Shown here one piece after another: positions 31,039-40,899 of a stretch of DNA of 64,000 nucleotides. Origin of the DNA: an uncultured delta proteobacterium (GTDB lineage: Bacteria > Desulfobacterota > Binatia > UBA9968); NCBI GenBank assembly GCA_963771465.1, contig CAVYTU010000014.1, forward strand, positions 288,001 through 352,000, read 5' to 3'. The first letter of the stretch is position 1; every line of letters starts with the position of its first letter. The notes beneath the pieces are model-generated. The model saw only the letters and a list, made by a program, of their open reading frames with translations, did no database searches and was not told the DNA's origin. A program made the position numbers and the translations under genes.

Positions 31039-31811
31039 TCGGCACCGAAGCAAACTCCGCGCTTCGAAGCTTTGATAAACTCCAGGAGGGCCAACATATC
31101 GCTGTTGGCTCTCCCGCTGTCCTCGACCTCTTTTATCGCCAACGCCAGGTTTCGACCTTTGCGGAATAGAATGCGAAAGGCTTCGCGAATCGCGCGAATG
31201 CGTTTGTCGTCGAACCCGGCGCGTTTGAGTCCGACTACATTGACGCCGCGCACCGTGTGTTGCCAATCGATAATCGCGTAGGGCGGCACATCGCGGCTCG
31301 TGCCGCTCAGTCCGCGCATCAAAGAATAGTCGCCGATGCGAACGAACTGGTGCACGACGCAGTTGCCGGAGATAAACACGTGATTACCGACTTCGACATG
31401 GCCGCCGAGCAACGCGCCGTTGGCAAGAACAATATTATCACCCAACTTGCAGTTGTGGCCGATGTGAGCCGTCGCCATGAGGAAATTATCGTTGCCGATC
31501 GTGGTCGCCGATCCAGCGACGGTGCCGCGATGCACTTGAGCATGCTCGCGGATGATATTGCGATCGCCGATGCGCAAAAAAGTTTGCTGCCCTTTGTATG
31601 CCTTGTCCTGCGGCGCGTCGCCAAGCACAGCACCGGAGTGAATCTCGTTGTCTGCGCCGATCTCCGTCCAGCCGGTTAAATAGGCGTGCGCCATCACTCG
31701 CGTACCGCCCATGACCTTGACGGCGCCATCGATGACCACGTAGGGCCCGATCTCGGCTTCGGAGTCGATCTCGGCTTTCGGATCGATGATAGCTGTGGGG
31801 TGGATAGTCAT
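31035..31811 (-). CDS. lpxA: Acyl-ACP--UDP-N-acetylglucosamine O-acyltransferase
   Basis: 'IHPTAIIDPKA', hexapeptide repeats, 'PQD', 'AHIGHNC', 'VHQFVRIG', 'NVVGLKRAGF'. Confidence 0.9.
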   Translation of the reverse strand: MTIHPTAIIDPKAEIDSEAEIGPYVVIDGAVKVMGGTRVMAHAYLTGWTEIGADNEIHSGAVLGDAPQDKAYKGQQTFLRIGDRNIIREHAQVHRGTVAGSATTIGNDNFLMATAHIGHNCKLGDNIVLANGALLGGHVEVGNHVFISGNCVVHQFVRIGDYSLMRGLSGTSRDVPPYAIIDWQHTVRGVNVVGLKRAGFDDKRIRAIREAFRILFRKGRNLALAIKEVEDSGRANSDMLALLEFIKASKRGVCFGAD

Positions 31812-31916
31812 GCAGTGAGCGGTCTCTGAGCTATTTCATCGATCTGCCGGATCGCACCAAGAAGCGTTGTCATCGAATATCCCTGGCGTTCATTGCGCCC
31901 TTGCGTGACGCTAATC

Positions 31917-32111
31917 CTACCGAGCTTCATCATCATCGTCATCTTGATCGTCCACTTGGGAATCCAAATCATCGCCGGGAATCTTGAAACGCTCTTCAGT
32001 CCACGCGCTCAGATCGATCAGTTGACAACGATCAGAGCAAAACGGCCGGTGCGAATTATTCTCCCAGGTCGTTTCTTTGCGGCAAGTTGGGCATTTGACT
32101 ACGAGCGGCAT
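31917..32111 (-). CDS. yacG: DNA gyrase inhibitor YacG
   Basis: CPTC...RPFCSDRCQLIDL.AW..E.F.IPG plus an acidic tail. Confidence 0.92.
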   Translation of the reverse strand: MPLVVKCPTCRKETTWENNSHRPFCSDRCQLIDLSAWTEERFKIPGDDLDSQVDDQDDDDDEAR

Positions 32112-32126
32112 AACCGTCGTCACAAT

Positions 32127-33098
32127 TTAATTTTCACAATCGACAAACAGTTCTTCGACGCCGAGCTTTTTGTCTATCAGCCCCTGATCGAGGGAGTAGC
32201 CGATGAAGCGCTCAAGATTTGCGCGGTTCTTTTCAATGCCATGGGGCCACGGGTCGTCGCCAAAAGCGGCGCGCTCCTCTTCGAACAAATGCCGGCCCCA
32301 GACAAAGCGCGACCAGTTGGGATCGTCGTAGTATTCGCGACAAGCTTCTTTCGCTTGGTCGAACGCAGCCGAGACGCTTTTCGCCAACCATGGATTTTTC
32401 GCCAGCACCTCGTCCTTGAACGCAACCACATGCATGATCGGAAAGTAGCCGTTCCTTTTGAAATACTTCGTCTCTTCCGCCTTCGGATCGGCGAATAGCC
32501 GGCGAATTAGGCCGCCACCGCGCAGCGCTTCTTTCGGCGGATGAGGCATCATCAAAGCATCGATCTCGCCTTTCTCCAGCATCGCCCCCATTTTTTGTCC
32601 GGGCTTGACAAGCTGCATCTTCACGCCCGCGATCGGTTTCAATGGCACCGCTTCGTCTTTGGAGATGAACCAATCGATCTCACGCCAGGGAACATTATAC
32701 TCGGCTTGTAGATCGCCCCGCGCCAAGACTGACAAGGTCGTTTGAAACGTACTCAGGCCAACTTTCCTGCCAATCAGATCCTGCGGCGATTTAATACCGG
32801 ACTGTGCGTTGATCCACATTTGCGACATGCTAAACAGCCGTCGGGGAAACACCGGAATCGCCGTAAATGGCATACCGCGGCTCTTAGCGATTAAATAATT
32901 CGACAGCGACAACTCGCAAATATCAAATTCGCCTTTCTGCAGCATCCGCTCGTGGCGATCCTGGCCGTGCTTCAACGGATTGGACTGGCCCACTTCCAAC
33001 ACCTGCAAATCAACGCCATCCGCCACAACCGAACTGTCGAACAGCGGAACATGCCGGTCGTAATGCGATAATGCTAAAGAAAGTTTGATCTGAGCCAC
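32127..33098 (-). CDS. 4,5-dihydroxyphthalate decarboxylase-like / substrate-binding-fold protein
   Basis: 'YDRHVPL', 'FDICELSLSNY', 'IPVFPRRLF', 'FPIMHVV', 'DPWPHGIEKNR'. Confidence 0.8.
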   Translation of the reverse strand: MAQIKLSLALSHYDRHVPLFDSSVVADGVDLQVLEVGQSNPLKHGQDRHERMLQKGEFDICELSLSNYLIAKSRGMPFTAIPVFPRRLFSMSQMWINAQSGIKSPQDLIGRKVGLSTFQTTLSVLARGDLQAEYNVPWREIDWFISKDEAVPLKPIAGVKMQLVKPGQKMGAMLEKGEIDALMMPHPPKEALRGGGLIRRLFADPKAEETKYFKRNGYFPIMHVVAFKDEVLAKNPWLAKSVSAAFDQAKEACREYYDDPNWSRFVWGRHLFEEERAAFGDDPWPHGIEKNRANLERFIGYSLDQGLIDKKLGVEELFVDCEN

Positions 33099-33412
33099 GG
33101 GATTTCCTTTTAACAAGACTTAACTCTGATTACTCCATTTTCCAAACCAATGTCTAGCGTTCAGACAAATTTATCGACTCGCGGCGCGATGAACCGGGCC
33201 AACTCAAGACTCTGGGTGGGCCGATTCGAAAACCAAATGCGACCTGCCGTCGGCGCAGTTGCATAAAGATTCACTGCCAATCGCTCTGGTCAACGCGCTC
33301 TTTTGGTGTCAGCGCTGAGCCATTGCCGATTATTGTCATTATCCCGTCAAGGTTCTTGATACGAGGAATCATTTCAATGTTCAGAATCTTCCCTGAATTT
33401 CGCCGGAGTATC

Positions 33413-33428
33413 TGGCGCGGTGCTTGCT
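33413..33428 (+). promoter_or_regulatory. Sigma54 promoter of the histidine kinase operon
   Basis: TGGCGC-GGTGC-TTGCT. Confidence 0.7.
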
Positions 33429-33485
33429 TTGTTACGAAAATCGCAACGTTGAGTTTCGTCTGGGCAACCGTTGGATGGACTAAAA

Positions 33486-35900
33486 ATGATTCGCTTTGGC
33501 TCAAGCCTTCGAGCACGCTTAATCGCAATTGTCCTGTTAGCGGTGATCCCCGCTTTCGGCGTTATCTTATTTACCGACCAAAGACACCGCGCTTCGATAG
33601 CCGCGCAGGTGCAAAAGAACGCTTTAGGTTCCGCACGGGTCATCGCCACGGAACAGCGGCGCGTGTTCGAGAACGCGCATCAGCTGCTTATAACTTTGGC
33701 GCGCTTGCCGCAGATCCGCGAGCGCAATAGTGCCGCATGCGAAAAGATCCTCGCCGGACTACTCGAGCCTCTCTACGTCGATCTCGGTGTAATCGATACC
33801 AAAGGCAATCTGTTGTGTAATGCCCTGGGCTCAAAATCCTACCGAAACCGGCGTATGAAGGACTCCTATATTGGCCGCGTGGTTGAGACCCAAGACCTAT
33901 CAGTGGGGGAAATTCAGCGGGATGCGTCCAACGGCAAAACTGTTATCGAGCTGGGATTTCCCGTCGGCGACTCGCCCGGTGCGCTGCGCGGGATCGCTTT
34001 CGTCGTCCTGGACTATTCCTGGATCGTCAGGATTACCGCTGAAAATCATCTTCCTCCTGAAGCTTCATTCACGCTCTTCGATGACAATGGCAGAGTTTTT
34101 CTACGCTATCCAGACGAACCCAATTCGGTCGGCACACGCATTACCACCGGACTGCCCGCTGACGGCAAGCTCGTTCGGGGAGTTGAGGGAAATATAGAAT
34201 TTCTCGGCACCGACGGAGTTGCACATCTCTTTACCTACCGCCAGTTGGACCACAAGATAAGCGGCAGCATTATGTACGCCGGCATCGATATTCCGGCGCG
34301 GGCGGCGTTTGCCGAAGCGGAGCGCATACTTCATCAAAATCTAATCGTCGTTGGCGTCCTAACGGCTCTGACTCTGGTCGCCGCCTGGTTCGGCGCCGAT
34401 CTCTTTGTGCTGCGCCGAGTGCGCGATCTAATGGGCGCCACTAGACAACTAGCCGCCGGCGATTTGAAGGCGCGCACCGGATTGCCCTACGGCGGAAGTG
34501 AACTCGGTCATCTGGCGCGGACATTCGATGATTTGGCCCAGGCTTTGGAACAGCGCGCCACAGACGCCGAAGTGGCTAACACCAAGATCCATAAACAACG
34601 CTTACGCCAAAGCGCTATCCACGACATCAGTGCGGCGATGACCTCAAGTTTAAACGTGAGCAATGTCCTAACTGCTCTCTCAGATGGAATCGCCACCCTG
34701 TTTCCCTCTTCATGTGTGACTCTCAGCTGGGTCGGCGAAGACGGCGGCACAATCGGGCCCATCGAACAGCCCGTAAGAAACGATACGGTTAGGCAGATTG
34801 CCGCCGCGCGCGAACACGGACTTCCTCAGGAAGTCTTTAAAATCAACTTGCCCCTACTGATCTCAAACGTTCAGACCGATCCTCGGACCGCCGATCCAGA
34901 TTCGTTACGCGCCGCCGGCATCATTACCTACTTGGGTTTGCCGATGATAGTCAAAGAGGAAGTATTGGGCGTCCTGTCATTTTTTTCGACGGAAGCTATC
35001 GACCTACGAACCGAGGAAGAGACCTTTCTAACTGACCTCACTCAACAAGCTGCCATCGCCGTATATAACTCTCGCCTCTACGAGCAGACCAGAAATCAAG
35101 CCGCTGAACTGGAGAAATCGAACCGGATCAAAGACGAATTTTTAGGCGTCGTCTCCCATGAACTGCGCACGCCGCTCAACATCATCATGAACTGTACCGA
35201 AGCCCTGACGATGGGAGTATTCGGTGAAATCACTGCGGAACATGAGAAAGGCACGGGAAAGATCAGAATGCAGGCGAGCCATCTCCTGTCCCTAATCAAT
35301 GGGATTCTGGAAATTACCAAGATCGAGACCGGAGGAATTACCGTCAACTCAGAAAGAATCAATCTTTCGCATCTCGTCACCGAGTTAAAATCCGACTATG
35401 CCATGGTTTCCAAGGAAAAATGCTTGGCGATAAACTGGCACGTGCCACCTGATCTACCCGATATTGTTTGCGACCGCATGAAACTTCGCCAACTGGTAAT
35501 CAATCTCGTAAACAACGCGATCAAATTCACCGATCAGGGCTCGGTGGATATATCCTTTCGTACTATGGTTGACGAGCCATTTGTCGAGTTCTCGGTGGCG
35601 GACACAGGGATCGGCATGGCGGCGGAATCTTTGCCGCACATCTTCGATAAGTTTCGCCAAGTCGACAGTACTACGACGCGACACTACTCCGGCGCTGGAC
35701 TCGGGCTCTACCTTGTCAAAAGTTTTGCGGCGGTGATGGGTGGATCGGTTAGCGTCCAAAGCACCTTAGGCGAAGGAACGACTTTCACAGTTCGTATACC
35801 GATTGGTACGGCCTCAAGTTTTCTCGAGGATACCGCCGTGTCACCCAACATCACTACGACTGGCGTCGTTCCCAGCGCCTACTTGGAAGGAGAACTTTGA
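33486..35900 (+). CDS. Sensor histidine kinase (Cache-like - HAMP - GAF - HisKA - HATPase)
   Basis: Two TMs, HAMP 'SELGHLARTFDDL', H box 'SHELRTPL', 'NLVNNAIKFT', 'DTGIG', 'GAGLGL'. Confidence 0.93.
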   Translation: MIRFGSSLRARLIAIVLLAVIPAFGVILFTDQRHRASIAAQVQKNALGSARVIATEQRRVFENAHQLLITLARLPQIRERNSAACEKILAGLLEPLYVDLGVIDTKGNLLCNALGSKSYRNRRMKDSYIGRVVETQDLSVGEIQRDASNGKTVIELGFPVGDSPGALRGIAFVVLDYSWIVRITAENHLPPEASFTLFDDNGRVFLRYPDEPNSVGTRITTGLPADGKLVRGVEGNIEFLGTDGVAHLFTYRQLDHKISGSIMYAGIDIPARAAFAEAERILHQNLIVVGVLTALTLVAAWFGADLFVLRRVRDLMGATRQLAAGDLKARTGLPYGGSELGHLARTFDDLAQALEQRATDAEVANTKIHKQRLRQSAIHDISAAMTSSLNVSNVLTALSDGIATLFPSSCVTLSWVGEDGGTIGPIEQPVRNDTVRQIAAAREHGLPQEVFKINLPLLISNVQTDPRTADPDSLRAAGIITYLGLPMIVKEEVLGVLSFFSTEAIDLRTEEETFLTDLTQQAAIAVYNSRLYEQTRNQAAELEKSNRIKDEFLGVVSHELRTPLNIIMNCTEALTMGVFGEITAEHEKGTGKIRMQASHLLSLINGILEITKIETGGITVNSERINLSHLVTELKSDYAMVSKEKCLAINWHVPPDLPDIVCDRMKLRQLVINLVNNAIKFTDQGSVDISFRTMVDEPFVEFSVADTGIGMAAESLPHIFDKFRQVDSTTTRHYSGAGLGLYLVKSFAAVMGGSVSVQSTLGEGTTFTVRIPIGTASSFLEDTAVSPNITTTGVVPSAYLEGEL

Positions 35901-36616
35901 TGGTGCCATTCACCCTCCAACGTTTTGTGATCGGTTATTCGTCGATGCTCATACTGATGGTCGCCGTGTCAGGCTATTCGGTAAATCAACTGGGAAAACT
36001 CAGCGACGCGGCACACATGGCGCTTAAAGTTGACCAGCGCATGATCGACGACTCGGAAAAACTTGCCGATGCATTCCTGTCGCAAGTAAGATACGCTGGC
36101 CAGTTCATTGTCACCCATGCTCCGGTTCATCTTGATCAATACAAACAGTTCAAAGCCGACTTCGATCGATACATGGCACAATTGAAATCACTGGCCGGCT
36201 CAAGTGATGAGGTTCAACGCCTGACTCGCGCCGATGAGCATCATGCACAGTATCATCAACTGTTCGAAAAAGAAGTCGGTTACATCAAGAAAATGCAGCC
36301 TTATGGGGAAACCCGCTACCGCGAGGAGAAGGGGCGCCTTGTCGATTATCTGCTCAGGGAACATGAAGCCTTAAAGACCGATCGGCAGAAGAGCTTGCAA
36401 CAAAGAATCGGAGACATCGAAACGGCCGCGCTGGAGAGCCAAAGGATCACTTTATCCGCCACATTGCTACTGCTCGGTATGGGCATGTACTTCGCCTATT
36501 GTCTGACCGGCAAAACATCCAGAAAAGGGACAAGCTCGGCGGATTCTCATCGCGCCGTGCTCGGCATTCGCTGGCATTTCCCGACTTGGTGGAAAGGACT
36601 TGGTGTACCGAAATGA
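35897..36616 (+). CDS. Membrane protein with a periplasmic four-helix-bundle sensor domain and no cytoplasmic output domain
   Basis: TM - helical periplasmic domain - TM, then only about 35 residues; overlaps both neighbours by 4 bp. Confidence 0.7.
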   Translation: MMVPFTLQRFVIGYSSMLILMVAVSGYSVNQLGKLSDAAHMALKVDQRMIDDSEKLADAFLSQVRYAGQFIVTHAPVHLDQYKQFKADFDRYMAQLKSLAGSSDEVQRLTRADEHHAQYHQLFEKEVGYIKKMQPYGETRYREEKGRLVDYLLREHEALKTDRQKSLQQRIGDIETAALESQRITLSATLLLLGMGMYFAYCLTGKTSRKGTSSADSHRAVLGIRWHFPTWWKGLGVPK

Positions 36617-37146
36617 AAATGCAGACATCACGGCACCGTTCGCCCTGGAGAGCAGTTTGGGGATTTGTCTTACTATCCGGCTGCGCGTCAGTTTTTGATG
36701 GGCCCGAACTTCCGGTTGCCGATGTGAAAAAACACACCACGCCTTTCGAGCACAGCGCGACAATGATTTCTCAAGGGCAATACGAGGCCGCCTACACCGA
36801 AAACCAAAAAATACTCCAGGAAGGCAGGGGCGCTCCCGACGTGGCGCTTTTCAATATGGGAATGATCTCCGCCCATTCGGGGAATCCCAAAAAAAATTAT
36901 CCCCGCGCCCTTTCGTCGTTTCGCGCACTGGTCAAGGATTATCCTCAGAGTCCGATGGGAGAGCCGGCCAAGACTTGGATTCAGGTTCTTGAGGAGTATC
37001 AGAAAATGGCCGACGAGAAGCGAACCACGACCAGGGAAAGGGAGTCTTTGATGCAAGAAAAGGAGAAACTTAAGTATACCATCGAAAAGTCACGGCAGGT
37101 CGATGTCGAAATCGAAAAAAGGAGACGCGAAGCATTGCGGAAATAA
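36613..37146 (+). CDS. TPR-like lipoprotein with C-terminal coiled coil (QseG/YfhG-like architecture)
   Basis: Lipobox LSGC, 'ALFNMG...NYPRALSSFRALVKDYPQS', Lys/Glu-rich coiled coil. Confidence 0.75.
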   Translation: MKMQTSRHRSPWRAVWGFVLLSGCASVFDGPELPVADVKKHTTPFEHSATMISQGQYEAAYTENQKILQEGRGAPDVALFNMGMISAHSGNPKKNYPRALSSFRALVKDYPQSPMGEPAKTWIQVLEEYQKMADEKRTTTRERESLMQEKEKLKYTIEKSRQVDVEIEKRRREALRK

Positions 37147-37349
37147 TCATCGTTCAGTTCTCTGATTGCCGTGGAGGTAATTCAGAGTGAAGTATCATAA
37201 ATGCTCTATAATCTCCCTTGATCAACGCAGGCAGTCGAAACCAACCGGCAGGCGAAAAAGCTGTTGGGCCCATTCGCGAGGTTACTGCGAACTACTTCCA
37301 GCGAGTTGCAGAGAATATTCCACCAAGTAGATTTTTGATCGAAGAGATT

Positions 37350-37424
<75 letters not shown>

Positions 37425-37448
37425 TCAGGTTGGTCAATAGGCAAGGGA

Positions 37449-37477
37449 AGAGTATGGAATTAGCCGCGGGTTGTCAA
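37449..37477 (-). promoter_or_regulatory. Sigma70 promoter of tRNA-Gly
   Basis: Minus strand TTGACA-N17-TACTCT. Confidence 0.75.
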
Positions 37478-38311
37478 CGTGGAATATCGCGTGTTCAACT
37501 TGGCATGGGCTGATTTTCCGCGAATCACGGCGAGCAGGTCGGCTGCGGTCATTTTTGACACCAGAATGCAGATAACGTTTCCTTCCTTGTGCAGCACGGC
37601 GCTCAACTCATTATGTGAGAACGAGTAAAAATTGATTCTCATGTCCGCGTCGTAAAATTTTTCAGCGCGATCTGGAGCGTCGGCTTCGTTACCGAGAAAC
37701 GTGAAACAGGTGATCTCCGGTCCGGCGCCTTGGTAAACCGTGACGAGCACGTCGCGGCCAGCGATCGATTGAATGAAGCCCGCGACGGGGTAGAGCTGCA
37801 TCATCGAAAGATCAAACGCCATCGGCTGGAATCGGTCGCCGACCGCGCGCGCCAATTCTTTTCGCAGCGTCGCCGGATTGTCGGAACGCACAAACGTGGT
37901 CTTGCCGCTCAGAATACGGCGATGGGTCTCAATCGCTGCGACAGCGAGATTATCAGCGCCCCGCTGCGTGTAGAGGAAAAATGACCCAACTGCCACGAGC
38001 ACCATCGCCGTCACCAACGCGGGACGCCATGCGGGAAATTTGAACCAACCACCCAATCGTCCCTGGGACGAACCTCTCTCGATCGCAGTTGGCGCTGCGC
38101 GTTTTGTTTCGAGACTGTGGCGCAGTGCCGCCGGCGCGCTCACCTCGCGCCCGGCAAGATGGAGTTGCCGCTTCAAGAGCTGTTCTCGCGTATAAGCCGC
38201 AGTACAGTCGGCACAGCTCTGTAAATGAGCATGGACAGCCGAGCGCTCCTCGGCGTCCAGCTCGTTATCGACGCACGCGGTAATCAGTTCTTGAGCTTCG
38301 TCACAACGCAT
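37460..38311 (-). CDS. Zinc-binding (ZAS/zf-HC2) transmembrane anti-sigma factor
   Basis: MRC...HLQSCADC (HxxxCxxC), one TM, directly downstream of an ECF sigma gene. Confidence 0.9.
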   Translation of the reverse strand: MRCDEAQELITACVDNELDAEERSAVHAHLQSCADCTAAYTREQLLKRQLHLAGREVSAPAALRHSLETKRAAPTAIERGSSQGRLGGWFKFPAWRPALVTAMVLVAVGSFFLYTQRGADNLAVAAIETHRRILSGKTTFVRSDNPATLRKELARAVGDRFQPMAFDLSMMQLYPVAGFIQSIAGRDVLVTVYQGAGPEITCFTFLGNEADAPDRAEKFYDADMRINFYSFSHNELSAVLHKEGNVICILVSKMTAADLLAVIRGKSAHAKLNTRYSTLTTRG

Positions 38312-38314
38312 GGC

Positions 38315-38896
38315 CTAGGATTCCACTTCGCTGTTCTCCAGATAGGCGCTGAGAAGCTGGTGTAGTAGTTTTCGCCCGCGCGACAGACGCGAGCGCACGG
38401 TACCGATCGGACAGGATAATATTTCCGCCGCTTCGGCGTAGGAAAAGTCACCCATGTCGACGAGCACGATGGGCGCGCGAAACTCTTCGGGAATGCGTTT
38501 GAGCGCCGCGCCGATCTTGGCGCCCAGTTCCTGCTGCAAGATTTGATTCTCCGGTCCTGGCTGGTCCGCCGTCAAGCCGTCGAAAAAATTCTGCTCCGCT
38601 GCACCGCCCTCGTTGTGCTTGCCGATATCCTCGGCCGCCACCATACGCTTGTTGCGCGTGTAGGAATCGAAGAAAAAATTATAGAGAATCCGCGTCAACC
38701 ATGCTTTCATATTGCTGCCGGGCGCGAACTGACCATAAGCTCCGAGCGCCCGCGCGCAGGTCTCTTGGACGCAATCCTGCGCCTCGTCGTCGTTTCGTAC
38801 TAAGTGAAAAGCCACCCGGTAGAGATGATCCAGATAGGTCATAATCTCCGAGGCGAATCGCTCCTGCCCCTGTTGGCGTACCTCGATTTGGCTCAC
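38315..38896 (-). CDS. ECF RNA polymerase sigma factor
   Basis: Region 2 'AQDCVQET...KAWLTRILYN'; region 4 'FSYAEAAEILSCPIGTVRSRLSRGR'; GTG start 9 nt after TGGACA-N17-TACAAT (38934-38906). Confidence 0.92.
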   Translation of the reverse strand: MSQIEVRQQGQERFASEIMTYLDHLYRVAFHLVRNDDEAQDCVQETCARALGAYGQFAPGSNMKAWLTRILYNFFFDSYTRNKRMVAAEDIGKHNEGGAAEQNFFDGLTADQPGPENQILQQELGAKIGAALKRIPEEFRAPIVLVDMGDFSYAEAAEILSCPIGTVRSRLSRGRKLLHQLLSAYLENSEVES

Positions 38897-39040
38897 GGCC
38901 GGGCCATTGTAATAGAGCGGATATGTCGTGTCCATGCGCGCGTTCCAATAACTCCAACGATTTCCGCGGCGCAAAAGTTCCCGCGCGATACGATCCGCAT
39001 CGCTTGCGATGCTAGCCGCAGCTGTCCTATGTTGGCTACC

Positions 39041-39985
39041 ATGAAATACCGAATGCTTGGCAAAACCGGATTGCGCGTCAGCGTCATCGGCCTGGGCACC
39101 ATGGTGCATGCCGGCCACTTCGGACCGATGAAAGATGAAGAATCGCTCGGCGCCATCGAGACGGCTCTGGAACTCGGCGTCAACTTCATCGACACGTCCG
39201 ACGCTTACGGCGCCGGCTACTCGGAAACGCTCCTGGGCAACGCACTCAAAGGCAGGCGCGAAAAAGTCATCCTCGCCACCAAGGGCGGCAATGTGATGAC
39301 CGGACCGAACCGCGGCCAACGAGTTTTCGAACCGGACTATATCAGCCGCGTGATGGACGAGAGTTTGCAGCGGCTTGGGACCGACTACATCGACCTTTAC
39401 CAACTGCATAACCCGACGGTCGAGGTCATCGAAAAAGGCGAAGTATGGAGCGTTCTGGAGCGGGCGAAGCAGGCCGGAAAAATTCGCCATTACGGCGTAT
39501 CGATCAATTCCATGGAAGAAGGCATCGCCGCAGTCAAAGACGGCCGCGCCGAGACGATTCAAGTCGAATATAATCTGCTGGCCCAGGAACCGGCCGAAAA
39601 AATCTTTCCGTTAGCCGAGCAGGCCAATGTCGGCATCATCGCCCGCGTACCGCTTAGACGGGGAATCCTCACGGGAAAAATGAGCCTCGCTGACGAAGCG
39701 AGATTCCAAGGCGAAGATGTGCGCGCCCGCAGTTTCAAAGGCGAAGCCTTCGCCAAAGAATTGGCCAAAGCCGATCAGCTGCGCTTTTTGGTGCACGGCG
39801 AGGTCAGAACTTTCGTGCAAGCGGCGCTGGCCTTCTGTATTGCCCATCCGGCGGTGAGCATCACGATCCCCGGCGCGCGCAATAGCGCGCAGATGGGCGA
39901 GAACGCCGCCGGCGCGGATGTCGAAATACCGCGCGCCGATCTGGATCGAGTTGCCGAACTCTGGCGTCGCGGCTTTGCGCGCTGA
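39041..39985 (+). CDS. Aldo/keto reductase
   Basis: 'YRMLGKTGLRVSVIGLG', 'FIDTSDAYG', 'LATKGG', 'DYIDLYQLHNP', 'IPGA'. Confidence 0.95.
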   Translation: MKYRMLGKTGLRVSVIGLGTMVHAGHFGPMKDEESLGAIETALELGVNFIDTSDAYGAGYSETLLGNALKGRREKVILATKGGNVMTGPNRGQRVFEPDYISRVMDESLQRLGTDYIDLYQLHNPTVEVIEKGEVWSVLERAKQAGKIRHYGVSINSMEEGIAAVKDGRAETIQVEYNLLAQEPAEKIFPLAEQANVGIIARVPLRRGILTGKMSLADEARFQGEDVRARSFKGEAFAKELAKADQLRFLVHGEVRTFVQAALAFCIAHPAVSITIPGARNSAQMGENAAGADVEIPRADLDRVAELWRRGFAR

Positions 39986-40014
39986 GCAGCGGCGGTTTTA
40001 GCCGGAGCAATCTC

Positions 40015-40833
40015 ATGGAAAAAATACTTACCAGTTGGCCTGACGGCAAAAAACTCACTGTCATGGTCACGATCATGTTCGAGGTGTGGTCGGAAGGCAA
40101 AGCGCCGCCCTACTCGCCGATGACGACTGCGCTCAAACCGGGCACGCCGGATTTGCTCGGCATCTCTTGGTCGCAGTACGGCGGCAAGACCGGCATTTGG
40201 CGCTTCATGCGTATCCTCGACGACACCGATATCAAAGCGACGATCTGCTTGAACGCCAAAGCCGCGGAACTATTTCCCGAAGCGGTCAAACAATTGCACG
40301 CCCGCGGTCATGAAATCGCCGGCCACTCCTACACCCAAGACCTCGTATTGCCCTATCTGACGTTTGAAGAAGAGCAAGAAGTGATTCAGCGTTGCAAGCG
40401 TATCCTAGAGAACGCCGTTGGCAGCACACCGGTCGGCTGGTTTAGCCCGGTAGCCGCGCCCACCGTGCATACGGCGGCACTGCTCGCCGACGCTGGATTC
40501 ATCTGGCACGGCGACTATAACGACACGGATCTGCCCTACGCATTGGTAACACCGAAGGGAAAACTCGTCGCCATCGCCCACAGCGACTTCACCGACAACC
40601 GAACGCTGCGCTCCAGCCCGCGCGATTTTTACAACGTATACAAAGACACCTTCGATTATCTTCATAAACACGAAGCGCCGTCGTTGATCAACTTAACGGT
40701 TCATACCCACTTCGGCGGCCGGCCGCTGATGTCGGCTATATTGCATGAGTTGCTGCGTTATATGAAAGGCTTTCCCGATGTTTGGTTCGCCCGTCATGAC
40801 GAAGTCGCGCACTGGGTGTTGGCGCAGGGTTAG
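40015..40833 (+). CDS. Polysaccharide deacetylase (CE4) family, PuuE-like
   Basis: 'HEIAGHSY', 'DTDLPY', 'HTHFGGRP', 'VWFAR..EVA'. Confidence 0.85.
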   Translation: MEKILTSWPDGKKLTVMVTIMFEVWSEGKAPPYSPMTTALKPGTPDLLGISWSQYGGKTGIWRFMRILDDTDIKATICLNAKAAELFPEAVKQLHARGHEIAGHSYTQDLVLPYLTFEEEQEVIQRCKRILENAVGSTPVGWFSPVAAPTVHTAALLADAGFIWHGDYNDTDLPYALVTPKGKLVAIAHSDFTDNRTLRSSPRDFYNVYKDTFDYLHKHEAPSLINLTVHTHFGGRPLMSAILHELLRYMKGFPDVWFARHDEVAHWVLAQG

Positions 40834-40899
40834 AACACCCGGGCGATCGGCTCAAGTTTACGCTGAGGCTTATCTACTTTGAACGGGCGCTAAGCGTGG

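Noticed and set aside
38897-39562. Long N-terminal extensions of the ECF sigma ORF, and similarly of the PTPS, YqeC and aldo/keto reductase ORFs
   Set aside because: They are antisense shadows of the divergent neighbouring genes; promoter or RBS evidence supports the shorter starts.
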